This document shows, one piece after another, positions 14,797-27,560 of a stretch of DNA of 64,000 bases (its first letter is position 1; each line of letters opens with the position of its first letter). The stretch is from the human T2T-CHM13v2.0 reference genome, Homo sapiens, in assembly GCA_009914755.4 (NCBI GenBank), contig CP086569.2, positions 14,368,001 to 14,432,000 of the forward strand. Reading direction: 5' to 3'. The translations under genes and the position numbers were made by a program. The notes beneath the pieces are model-generated. The model ran no database searches. It was not told where the DNA came from and saw nothing but the letters and a program-made list of their open reading frames with translations.

Positions 14797-17700
14797 TCAA
14801 AATATTTTCTATAATTGCTTCAGATATGTATGTCCAACGTTGTACCCAAATTTTCTATTAGCATTCTTACATAATGCCTACTTAATACTTTGTCCAGTAA
14901 TACGTAAACAATAACAACTCTAATTGTTTGGAAGACAACATCCAAACTGTTCCTGATACACCAAATTAAAGACCTAATTCTAAATAACAAAACATGACAT
15001 TATTTCTATAGTTGCTTTTTTAACTCAAAACACTATTTTTACAACTGGAAATGAAGTTCTACAGGTTACAGGTTAGCAAACAAAACGCATATAACGCAAG
15101 ATCTTAAATATCACCTTTCAAATATTACAGTATAAAAAACCACTCAAAGCATTTTAATAGGCGTTTCTCCTGTTAATGCCTCTAGCATTATATTGAAGGC
15201 ATACTGTAATAGTAATATTCTATTTGACAGAGTGAAACTCTATCATAATACAAACAAAATCAACCTAAAACGTTTTCCAACATGAAATAAAAGTTACTAT
15301 TGCTAAAATCTGTTTTTCACTTAATTGAACTGCGTATTATTTAAATACGAGCAAGTTATTAAGCTTCAACCAAAAAGTTTTTGCTGAAAAGTATTTACAC
15401 TAATTCAGATGACAATCTTATAAAAATTAATAAAAATCTTATAAAACATAAGTTACAGAATTTTAAGGAAATCTATTGTTACAACCATCCTAATGGTTTG
15501 ATATGCGGGTTCACGTATGAGGTCAAAAAAAAAAAAAATCAGAGAAACTAGTCGTTGGGATAGAGCATCCTCAATGTCCAGAAAACTTGACAGGGAAAAA
15601 AGCATATTTATAACAATATTTTAAACCTTTAGAAGCTTGTAAAACAATACTGACATTAGTAAAATCTATAAATAAAACTTTCATAGAAAACATAAATACG
15701 AATAAAAACTGAAATATCAGTGAAATAGATCATTCTAAGAACTTTTTTAAAAAACAGTGATATATGCAAAGCTCTGTGAGAAAGGGAAAAAATACTTTAT
15801 TATACATACTGTAGAATAATTTGTCTTGGAGAACAGGTACTATGGTTTGAATATGTCCCCCAAAGTTCATGCATTGAAAACATAATCCTCAATGCAACAG
15901 TGTTGTGAAATGATGTCTTTAAGATTTGACAACATCATAAGCAGGCTGCTCTCATGGATGGGTTAATGTCATAGTGAGGATAGGTTCATTACAGAGAGTT
16001 AGGCATCCCCCATCTCTTGCACTGTGATATACTTTCTTGCCCTTCCACCTTCTCCAAAGAATGATGCAGCACTAAAGCCCTCATGAAACGCAGCCCCTTG
16101 ATCCTGGACTTCCCAGCCTTCAGAATCCTGAGCCAAATGAAGTGAAATTGAGTTAATATTTTTTTCATTTCAAAAAAGTCACTGCAGTTTAATATACGGC
16201 ATTACTCAGTGTTTTATGAAGCTACAGTTCTCCCCAAACATAATGAAACCACTTTCTCATATTTAAAATGTTACTGTAATCAAAATTGGAAAGGATCAAT
16301 ATGTGAAAAAAAAATTCCTTAAAATTTAAACCCCATATTGTCTATCTGAAAAGTTCATTCCAAACTAAAATGTTAACCACAACCCACTGAGAATTTATCC
16401 TAACTCCAGCATATGAAGATTTAAAGTTCTCAACCAGTATTTTCCCACATTATCCCAGAAAACATCAAATTACTTTTATTTCATTATCATAACTATTTTA
16501 AACATTAAGGCAGATCGAGTCACTGTTGCTTAAATCGTATCATTGATACTATAACATGTTTTTCATAAAGCTATTTTCACTTGCATAATCAAAGTTTAAC
16601 TCATGTTTCATTTATCAGTCAAATAAAGTGGATTTACTAACTATATATATACACATTATACATACATATATATATTACATTTTAGTTTTCTGATCAGTAT
16701 TTGCCCCCAAAACAAACATACAAAGGAGATTATAGGTAAAAGAACTCAGCGTCTGTACTGAATTAAACTACAAAGTAAAACGTCTTGGTAAGTAAAATGT
16801 TCATCCTGAGAAAATAATTAGTATTTCCTTGTCAAATACAATAATAAACTGAAATTCTTAACTACTGGCTTCAGCATCTAAAAGATGGCGCGATTGTTGT
16901 ACCGTTCTTATTTCACGGGACCAATTGACAACATACAAATACTTTAACAAGATTTTGGTGAGAGGGTAAAAAACGATACACACAGGAATATTCCAGGGCC
17001 AAGTTACGCAACAATTCACGTGGGAGTAACTAAACATGCTGCAATTAATAAGCACATATAGGTTTAAAAATGCTGCTGTCAATGTTGGAGATAACGCAAG
17101 AATTCTACTTTTAAATAATAATAATTTTTAATAAGCAACATGAAGCTACGGCAGCGCTCTTTACGGTCTATTCCTTGCTAAGGTTTCCGGGTTAATACCT
17201 CCACCCTCTTCCCAAGCTTCCCCCTTTATTGCTCCTCCCCCTTTTTACCCGCCATCTTGGCTGATAGGAGCAGCCATTAACTAAACGACAGTGCCAACTT
17301 TTCACACAAACAACAAATTCTTCCCACTGTGAGCATGACACCTAAGAAACAAGGTTCCTGAATGGAAAAAGCACACACATTCATGAAATCACATTTGCAG
17401 CACTGTGCATCCTAAAAAAGTCAACAAATCACTAAACTTCAGGCTAAACATACACGCATCAGTTTATAGGTCAAATATCTACTGCAAACTCTTCACCGCT
17501 GTAACTTACTTGCTACTTACACTTAGGACACCAGGGATATTTTTTTTAAAAAGGCAAAAAAATGTTTAAAATTAGACACCAAGAGCCAAATACCAAAAGG
17601 CGAGGGGAAGAAGCAGGAAGTTATGAATTTTGAAAACTGTACACATTCACTATTTGTGACGCTAAAATTCAGGAACAAAAGGCCCTAAAGTAACAGGCAT

Positions 17701-17836
17701 GTGGTGTAGACCCGGTTTAGCCCGGTCCCAAAGCGTCCGATTTTTTTTTTCCTCAGAGTAGAAGGGAGTCTGGAGCAAGGGGCGAAGTATTCCAGAGTAC
17801 GGGGACAGCAAAGGCAAGAAACACTTTTCCGACCCC

Positions 17837-18096
17837 TTGGCCATGGAGCAGAGCCAAAATAAATACTGGCTGGGCGGTAAGGAACGCGGGGCCTTGGTAG
17901 AGCAAAGTGCGGACCAAAGACTTTGCGTCTGGTTGCTTTTACCTTGCCTAGTAGGGTCTTCGTTCTGGCGCCATCTTCATGAAGCCTCACGAACCCGAAG
18001 AGACGGCTGTAGAGAGAGAGACACAGAGCTTGTTAATGGTCTGAGAAAGCCAGTGACTTGCTCCTTCCCGAGTCCAAGAGCGACAGCGACAGATTG
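17837..18096 (+). other. Candidate plus-strand first exon (5' end undefined) ending in strong donor AGATTG|gtgagtgcc
   Basis: A GTGAGT donor lies at 18097-18102 directly after a segment that is open in one frame up to the GT. A YY1-like motif ggcgccatcttc sits at ~17966. Nothing in the 87-aa translation is recognisable, so it is probably a non-coding/5'UTR exon if real. Confidence 0.3.
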
Positions 18097-18202
18097 GTGA
18101 GTGCCAAGCTGAGGATGACCCCGTCATCAACGTGGGCAAGCTGCGTCCAGGCCTTCCCGGAGAGTATCGCCAGCCAACCAGGCGGGTGATGGAGGTGCGT
18201 AC

Positions 18203-18291
18203 CTGTCCATGCCACCAAGCGCCTCCCTTTCCTCGACTGTCAGGCTAACAGACTCCTCTTCACTCTCGCGGCTCGCTTTTCCTTCCGCCAT
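18203..18291 (-). CDS. Candidate first coding segment of a minus-strand gene: [29 protein letters not shown] + 2 nt, donor CAG|gtacgc at 18202
   Basis: The ATG (reverse complement of cat at 18289-18291) lies inside the CpG island. The open frame ends exactly at a GT donor. The codon usage is acidic and Ser-rich, and the sequence is unique. An in-frame upstream ATG at 18354 is probably 5'UTR. Confidence 0.4.
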
Positions 18292-18707
18292 TTTCTTTGC
18301 CTCATCACCGAAGGCAACAGCGGCGGTAGTGAGCGACACTGCGCAGGATTTCATGGAAACAACAAATTTCCAAGTCCCACGACGATACCCAACCTTAATC
18401 GAGTAGTTGAAAAGACGCCTTCAATCGCTGCTTGAGACTGTGACGCCAATTTTATCGCCTCCTCAGCGGCTGCAAGGAAAAAAGCTGAGGCAAAGACTTA
18501 AGCTACCGAAGCACGGGCAGCGGAACTCGGCTACCTGGATCACATCTGGGAAACTACAGGGAAGGCAGAAGCTCGCAGTGCTGGAGAGCACAGCAGAATT
18601 TCTTAAAATCACAAACTTTGCCAGCACCAGCACAAAGTTGTAATTGTGTCACGGGCGAACCCCACGCAGCCGCCGCGACCTCCCCGCTCCCAACCACTTA
18701 GTTGTAG

Positions 18708-18800
18708 CCAATCTAGGCGACTGATTCGTCTCACGTGATCTTTGTTGACTTACGTCAGGCATTGCTCCACTGTACTCCTAGGCTGCTGGGACCCCGCCCA
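18708..18800. promoter_or_regulatory. Promoter motif cluster: CCAAT box (18708-18712), E-box CACGTG (18732-18737), CRE-like TTACGTCA (18750-18757), Sp1 GC-box CCCCGCCC (18793-18800)
   Basis: All four motifs are read directly within 95 bp (agccaatctaggcgactgattcgtctcacgtgatctttgttgacttacgtcagg ... ggaccccgcccagcc). Confidence 0.5.
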
Positions 18801-19360
18801 GCCAGTTCGCCAAGGACCTAGGAACATGACAGAGGCTGACTGATTCTGACCGCTGGTTGGTTGATGGTCACGTCTATGGAGAAAAGGGTAGTCTCTGGGA
18901 TGGAACAACCTGTAGGTTGTGCTAGTTAAATGCATTAAGATAGAAAATGGAGTGTCTGTGCTGGGTGTTTTTGCAGTTGCGATACGCTTGAAGGGGAAGA
19001 GAGCGATGGGAAGGGCGGCATCGGGCATCACCCACGGGGCGCAAATGCGAAAAGAGGACACCATGGACTTTAGGAGAGTCCGTAATGAGGCTCCCACTGT
19101 CACAAGCCTTGCGAATGCGAGACCTTGCGGGGCATGGCAGGGAAGCTGCGCAGGCCCTAAACCTTCACCCTCAAGACTTTTGGCCCTAAGGCCTTGTCAC
19201 CTCCATAGGCTGGTTCTTTGCCCATTTCCTCTCCACTGACCAAGTCTAAAGAGAAGGCATAATATCTTATGACCTCAGTCGGTAAGCCAGGCCCTAGGGA
19301 ATCAACGTGGCAACTGCATTTATCAGTTCATGATATTATCTAAACAACAAACGATGAGCA

Positions 19361-19382
19361 AAAAAAAAAAAAAAAAAAAAAG
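19361..19382. repeat. poly(A) tract (A22)
   Basis: gagcaaaaaaaaaaaaaaaaaaaaaagttact. Confidence 0.8.
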
Positions 19383-19802
19383 TTACTCCACAAACCCAAA
19401 ATGTTTATTTCTATTGTGATAATGATAATTCCGTGAGGTCTCAGTAAGAGTAGGAGCTTCTGTGGACAGGAATTATAAGAACAATAATTAAGACCTTCAT
19501 CACACTTTCAAGATGCAGTAACCCTTAGAAAAGAAAAAAACACCACTTTTTTCTTACTTTCTCAATTGTAACCAAAATTATAAATAATAGGTAAAAGAAT
19601 TTATTTCTGAACCCCAAATATCTGAGAGAGGTCTTAGTCAATTTAAAAAGTTTATTTTGCAAGACTTACCCATGATACATTTGCCCAAGGTGGTCAGGGC
19701 ACAGCTTGCTTTTGTACGTTTTAGGGAAACATGATTGGTTCGGTCAGGTAAGAGGGACAGCTCGAAGCGGGGGCTTCCATGTTAGAAATAGATAAGAGAC
19801 AG

Positions 19803-20105
<303 letters not shown>

Positions 20106-22307
20106 ATGTAGATAAGAGACAAGAGTTTGCATGCTTTTGAGTCCTTGATCAGCCTCCTACTGAATACAGAATTTAGTCCGGCTAGTAACTCTGTATTTTT
20201 ACATAAATAAATAATAAGGCAGAGGAAGCAATCAGATATGCAGTTGTCTCTTGTGCGCCTCACAGGGATAACTTTGAGTTGGGTCTGTCCTTTGTCCACA
20301 AGGAATTTCCTTGTGGGCACGTTGTGAGGAACGTATGTAGCTTCTTATCTTTGTACGTATCTTATTTAGGAATAAAATGGGAGGCAAGTTTAGTGACATA
20401 GTTCCCAGCTTGACTTTTCCGTTACTTAGTGATTTTGGGATCCCAAGATTAATTTTTTTTTCTCATATTATATGGCATATGTATGTTGAGGAATTGTGTA
20501 TATTTTTCTATGTAAAGAATCTATAAAAAGTCTCATATATATTAAACGCCTCTGTTGATTACTGTTTTCAAAAGACAAATTGCATAATATTCCATGTATC
20601 AAATAGTTTACTGGTTATACCTCCAGATATTAGATATTACAAAAATGTTAATTATTAATGGCATTAGGGGAAATGTTCCTTTATAAGTGAAGAAATGGTA
20701 TCTTTTTTTAAGTAATAGATTTGCCTCCTCCAAAAATAGGTATTATATATTTAAACTTTGATGTTTAAATGAGAGGACAGTTTAGAACTTCCAGACAAAA
20801 AACTATAACACTAGTGAGAGTTTTGGAAATCCCAGCTGATTTTGCTCAGTAACACGTGTTTTCATTGTTATTTTGAAACTAACAACTAACTCTGATTTTA
20901 TAGATTATAGTCTATCATGTTCTTTACTCATTCCATTTCAGTTGAATCGCTACACCACAGAATATTTTCAGTAGCTGTACTATTGAAAATGTTATATTAA
21001 TTGTCATAAGTATATTAGTAAGTATATTAATTGTCATAGTGGTGGCCATCACACCAAGAGGTTTTTGATAATATGCATACATTTGCACAAGCAGACATTC
21101 AAATAATGTAGAATATGGCCTTTTCCAGGAATAAGGCCTACCTGTCTCACTTGAGGCAGGTAATTATTACAAAGTGATAGAGCAACATAGAGGTGGGACA
21201 GAAATTGCAGTAAAGAATGAATTTGAATTCTGGCTCTGTACAGGCTGTACCTTGGAAAAATTAGCTAATCTCTAACCCAACATTATATATCGAATGTAAA
21301 TACAAAGCTGCATCCATCCTCATACCTTCATATACATTTGGCAGATTATAAATCAGACAGTATATAACATTAAGGCCTTACATTCTATGTAACTTTTTGG
21401 ATCTTACCTGGTTTATAAAATGTAACTACAAAAGATACAAAAATATGTATACTGATAAAAGGCTTATTATTTGTACCCTTTGTAGTGTATAATTTGTCAC
21501 ATGTATGTGAAATGGGTATAAAGCATTCAGATTTAGGTTATTCCCTGAAGAGACTAGACTAATGACTTTATATTATTTTTAAAAAAAAATTTAGTATAAC
21601 AACACATGGAAGGTAGGGTGGTATAGCAAAAGAAGAAGTAACAAAAATGAGCATTAATTATCGGAAAATTAGAGGATATAACCATTTAACCTGATATATG
21701 TGAATGCATGTAGCTTATTTTTTAAATTTATTTATTTATTATACTTTAAGTTCTGGGATACATGTGCAGAACGTGCAGGTTTGTTACACAGGTATATATG
21801 TGCCATGGTAGTTTCCTGCACCAATCAACCTGTCATCTAGATTTTAAGCTCTTCATTCATTAGGTATTTGTTCTAATGTTCTCCTTCCCCTTGAACCCCA
21901 CCCCCGATAGGGCCCAAGTGTGTGATGTTCCCCTCCCTGTGTCCGTCTGTTCTCATTGTTCAATTCCCAATTATGAGTGAGAATATGTGGTGTTTGGTTT
22001 TCTATTCCTGTGTTAGTTTGCTGAGAATCATGGCTTCTGGCTTCATTCATGTCCCTGCAAAGGATATTAACTCATTCTTTTTTTATGGCTGCATAGAATT
22101 CTATGTTATGTATATGCTGGATTTTGTTTATCCAGTCTATCATTGATAGGCATTTGGGTTGGTTCCAAGTCTTTGCTATTGTAAATAGTGCTGCAGTACA
22201 CATACATGGGCATGTGTCTTTATAGTAGAATAATTTATAATCCTTTGGGTGTATACCCAGTAATAGGATTGCTGGGTCAGATAGTATTTTTGGTTCGAGA
22301 TACCTGA

Positions 22308-22698
<391 letters not shown>

Positions 22699-23089
22699 CT
22701 GTTTCCTGACTTTTTAATGATTGATCACCATTATAACTGGCATGAGATGGCATCTCTTGTGGTTTTGATTTCCATTTCTTTAATGAACAGTGAAGTTGAG
22801 CTTTTTGTCATAGGTATATTGGCCACATAAATGTCTTCTTTTGAGAAGTGTCTGTTCATATCCTTCACCCATTTTTTGATGGGGCTGTTTGGTTTTTTCT
22901 TGTAAATTTGTTTAAGTTCCTCATAGATTCTGGATATTAGTCCTTTGTCAGATGGATAGATTGCAATATTTTTCTCCCATTCTGTACGTTGCCTGCTCAG
23001 TCTGACGATAGTTTCGTTTACAGTGCAGAGGCTTTTTAGTTTAATTAAATCCCATTTGTCAATTTTGGCTTTTGTTGCCATTGCTTTTA

Positions 23090-23352
<263 letters not shown>

Positions 23353-23821
23353 TTAATAAATAGAAAATCCTTTCCCCGTTGTTTCTTTCTGTCATGTTTG
23401 TCAAAGATCTGATGGTTGTAGTTGTGTGATGTTATTTCTGAGGCCTCTGATCTGTTCCATTGGTCTATATATCTGTTTTGGTACCAGTACCATGCTGTTT
23501 TTGTTACTGTAGCCTTGTAGTATAGTTTGAAGTCAGACAGCATGATGCTTCCAGCTTTGTTCTTTTTGCTTAGGATTCTCTTGGCTATGTGGGCTCTTTT
23601 TAGTTCCATATTAAATTTGAAGTAGTTTTTTCTAGTTCTGTGAAGAAAGTCAGTGGTAGCTTGATGGGAATAGCATTGAATTTATAAATTACTTTGAGCA
23701 TTACAGTTATTTTCATGATATTCATTCTTTCTATCCATTAGAATGGAATGTTTTTCCATTTCTTTGTGTCCTTTCTTATTTCCTTGAGCAGTGGTTTGTA
23801 TTTCTCCTTGAAGAGGCCCCT

Positions 23822-24445
23822 TCACATCTCTGTAAGTTGTATTGCTAGGTATTTTATTTTCTTTGTAGCAATTCTGAATGGGAGTTCACAGATGATTTGA
23901 TTCTCTGTTTGTCCATTATTGGTGTATAGAAATGCTTGTGACTTTTGCGCATTGATTTTGTATCCTGAGACTTTGCCGAAGTTGCTTATGAGCTTAAGCG
24001 GTTTTTGGACTGAGACGATGGGGTTTTCAAAATATATAATCATGTCATCTACAAACAAAGACAATTTGACCTTCTCTCTTCCTATTTCAGTATGCTTTAT
24101 TTCTTTCTCTTGCCTGATTTCCCTGGCCAGAACTTCCAATACTATGTGGAATAGGAATGGTGAAAGAGGGCAATCTTGTCTTGTGGTGATTTTCAAAGGG
24201 AATGCTTCCAGCTTTTTCCTATTCAGTATTTTATTGGCTATGGGTTTGTCATAAACAGATCTTATTATTTTGAAATATGTTCCCTCAATACCTAGTTTAT
24301 TGAGTGTTTTTAGCATGAAGTGGTGTTGAATTTTATCAAAAGCCTTTTCGGCATCTATTGAGATAATCATGTGGTTTTCGTCATTGGTTCTGTTTATGTG
24401 ATGGATTGCTTTTGCTGATTTGCGTATGTTGAGCCAGCCATGCAT
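23822..24445 (-). pseudogene. L1 ORF2 reverse-transcriptase domain fragment (207-aa open segment), part of the L1 at 21725-27560
   Basis: The translation contains conserved L1 RT motifs ([25 protein letters not shown]). ORF2 is broken into several frames elsewhere. Confidence 0.8.
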
Positions 24446-27400
24446 CCTAGGGATGAAGCTAACTTGATAGTGGCGGATAAGCTTTTTGATGTGCTGCTGG
24501 ACTCAGTTTGCAGTATTTTATTGAGGATTTTCGCATCGATGTTCATCAGGCATATTGGCCTGAAATTTTCTTTTTTTGTTGTGCCTGTGCCAGGTTTTGG
24601 TATCAGTATGATGCTTGCCTCATAAAATGAGTTGGGGAGGACTCCTTCTTTTTCTGTTGTTTGGAATCGTTTCAGAAGGAATGGTACCAGCTCCTCTTTG
24701 TAGCACTAGTAGAATTGGGCTGTGAATCCATCTGGTCCCGTGCTTTTTTTTGGTTAGTAGGCTATTAAATAATTACTGCCTCAATATTAGAGCTAGTTAT
24801 TGGTCTATTCAGGGATTCGACTTCTTCCTGGTTTAGTCTTGGGAGGGTTTATTTGTCCTGGACAAATAAACCCTTCTTCTAGGGTTTCCAGTTTATTTAC
24901 ATAGAGGTGTTTATAGTATTCTCTGGTGGTAGTTTGTATTTCTGTGGGAACAGTGGTGATATCCCCTTATCCTATTTTATTGTGTCTATATGATTCTTCT
25001 CTGTTTTCTTCTTTATTAGTCTGTCTAGCATTTTATCTATTTGGTTAATCTTTTTAAAAAAACAGATCCTGGATTCATTGATTTTTTGAAGGGTTTTTTT
25101 TGTGTGTCTGTCTCCTTCAGTTCTGTTCTTATCTTAGTTATTTCTTATTTTCTACTTGCTTTTGAATTTGTTTGCTCTAGTTTCTCTAGTTCTTTAAATT
25201 GTGATGTTAGGGTGTCGATTTTAAATCTTTCCCACTGTCTGATGTGGGCATTTAGTGCTGTAAATTTCCCTCTAAACATTGGTTTAGCTGTGTCCCAGAG
25301 ATTCTGGTACATTGTGTCTTTGTTGTCATTGGTTTTAAAGAACTTATTTATTTCTGCCTTAATTTCTTTATTTACCCATTAGTTATTCAGGAGCAGGTTT
25401 TTCAGTTTCCATGTAGTTGAGTGGTTTTGTTGAGTTTCTTAATCCTGCGTTCTAATTTGATTCACTGTGGTGTAAGATACTGTTATGATTTCAGTTCTTT
25501 TGCATTTGCTGAGGAATGTTTTACTTCCAATTCTGTGGTTGATTCTAGAGTAAGTTTCATGTGGTACTGGAAGAATGAATATTCTGTTGATTTGGGGTGG
25601 AGAGTTCTGCAGATATCTATTAGGTCCACTTGATGCAGAGCTCAGTTCAATTCTTAAATATCCTTGTTAATTTTCTTTCTTATGGAACTGTCTAATACTG
25701 AGAGTGGAGTGTTAAATTCTCCCACTATTATTGTGTAGAAGTCTAAGTCTCTTTATAGGTCTCTTAAGAACTTGTTTTATGAATCTGAGTGCTCCTGTAT
25801 TGGTGCATATATATTTAGTATAGTTAGTGCTTCCTGTTGAACAGATCCCTTTACCACAATGTAATGCTATTCTTTTGTCTTTTTTTATCTTTGTTGGTTT
25901 AAAATCTGTTTTATCAGAGACTAGGATTGCAACCTCTGCTTTTTCTTGCTTTCCGTTTTCTTGGTGAATTTTCTTCCATCCCTTTATTTTGAGGCTATGA
26001 GTGTCTTTGCACATCAGATGGGTCTCCTGAATACAGCACAGGGATGAGTCTTGACGCTTTGTCCAATTTGCCAGTCCGTGTCTTTCAATTGGGCCATTTA
26101 GCCCAATTTATAGTTAAGGTTAATATTATTATGTATAAATCTGAGCCTGTCATCATGATACTAGCTGGTTATTTTGCACACTAGTTGATGCAGTTTCCTC
26201 ATAGTGTCATTGGTCTATATATTTTGGTGTGTTTTTGCAGTGGCTGCTGCCAGTTTTTCCTTTCCATATTTAATGCTACCTTCAGCATCTCTTGCAAGGC
26301 AGGCTTCGTGGTGACAAAAATCCCCTAGCATTTGCTTGTCTGTAAAGGATTTTATTTCTCCTTCATTTATGCAGGTTGGTTTGGCTGGATATGAAATTCT
26401 GGGTTGAAAATTCCTTTTTTTAAGAAAGTTGAATATTGGCAACACTCTTCTAGCTTGTAGGGTTTCTGTTGAGAGATCTGCTGTTAGTCTAATTGGCTTC
26501 CCTCTGTAAGTGACCTGACCTTTCTCTCTGACTACCCTTAACATTTTTTTTTTTAATTTCAACCTTAGAGAATCTGATGATTATGTATCTTGGGGTTGAT
26601 CTTCTCATGGAGTATCTTGGTGGTGTTCTCTGTATTTCCTGAGTTTGAATGTTGGCCTGTCTTGCTAGGTTGGGGAAGTTTTCTGGATAATATCCTGAGG
26701 TGTGTTTCCTAACTTGGCTCCATTCTCCCTGTCTCTTTCTGGTACTGCAATCACTTATAGGTTTGGTCTTTTTACATAGTCCCATATTTCTTAGAGGTTT
26801 TATTTGTTCCTTTTCATTCTTTTTTGTCTAATCTTGTCTGCATGCCTTATTTAAGCAAGATGGTCTTCACTCCGATATCCTTTCTTCCGTTTGATCAATT
26901 CAGCTATTGATACTTGTGTATGCTTAATGCAGTTCTTGTGCTGTGTTTTTCAGCTCTATCATGTCATATATGTTCCTCTCTAAACTGGTTATTCTACTTA
27001 GCAGCTCCTGTAACCTTATATCAAGGTTCTTGGCTTCTTTGCACTGGTTTAGACCATGCTCCTTTGGCTCAGTGGAGTTTGTTATTACCCACCTTCTGAA
27101 GCCTACTTCTGTCAATTCCATCCATCTCATCCTCTATTTGTTTCTTTGCCTATGGTAGCTATTTGTTTATAAATTTCTCATTTATATTTATAACTATTTT
27201 TGTCTATACTCTTCTATGTCACTGAGCTTCATATCATAATTTTGAATTCTTTATCTGGGTTTTAATAAGGTTCTTTTTCATTGGAATCTGTTGCTGAGGT
27301 ATTACTGTGTCCCTTTACAAAGGTTACCTTTCCTTGTTTATTTATGTTTCTTGTGTCTTTATGCTGCTCTCTGAGTATCTGGTGTAATAGTTGCCTTTTC

Positions 27401-27560
27401 TAATTTTTAAAATATGCTTTCACTAGGGAGATTTTTTTCTAAATATATATCTATGGTTTTGGTTGGGTATGGCACTTTGGCTTTCATTCTAGATGTGGGT
27501 AGTAGTGGAGTCTCCATATGATTTCTTTAGGTGTAAACAATGTCAGTGCTATCTTTGATT

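Larger units (their letters stand above)
17690..19150. promoter_or_regulatory. CpG-rich island / probable (bidirectional) RNA polymerase II promoter region
   Basis: Local CpG and GC density are far above the rest of this AT-rich window (gtagacccggtttagcccggtcccaaagcgtccg ... cgcagccgccgcgacctccccgctcc ... ggcggcatcgggcatcacccacggggcgcaaatgcg). CCAAT, CACGTG, CRE-like and GC-box motifs are present. Splice-donor-terminated open segments occur on both strands. Confidence 0.6.

Noticed and set aside
17837-18100. 87-aa plus-strand ORF ([23 protein letters not shown]...) in the CpG island
   Set aside because: The translation is low-complexity and Arg/Cys-rich with no recognisable protein. The open frame is likely a GC-composition effect, so it is treated only as a possible non-coding first exon.
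23822-24445. L1 ORF2 fragments (23822-24445) and L1 ORF1 fragments (57309-57650) as possible intact genes
   Set aside because: The surrounding ORF2/ORF1 sequence is split across multiple frames with stops, so these are decayed retrotransposon ORFs, not functional genes.
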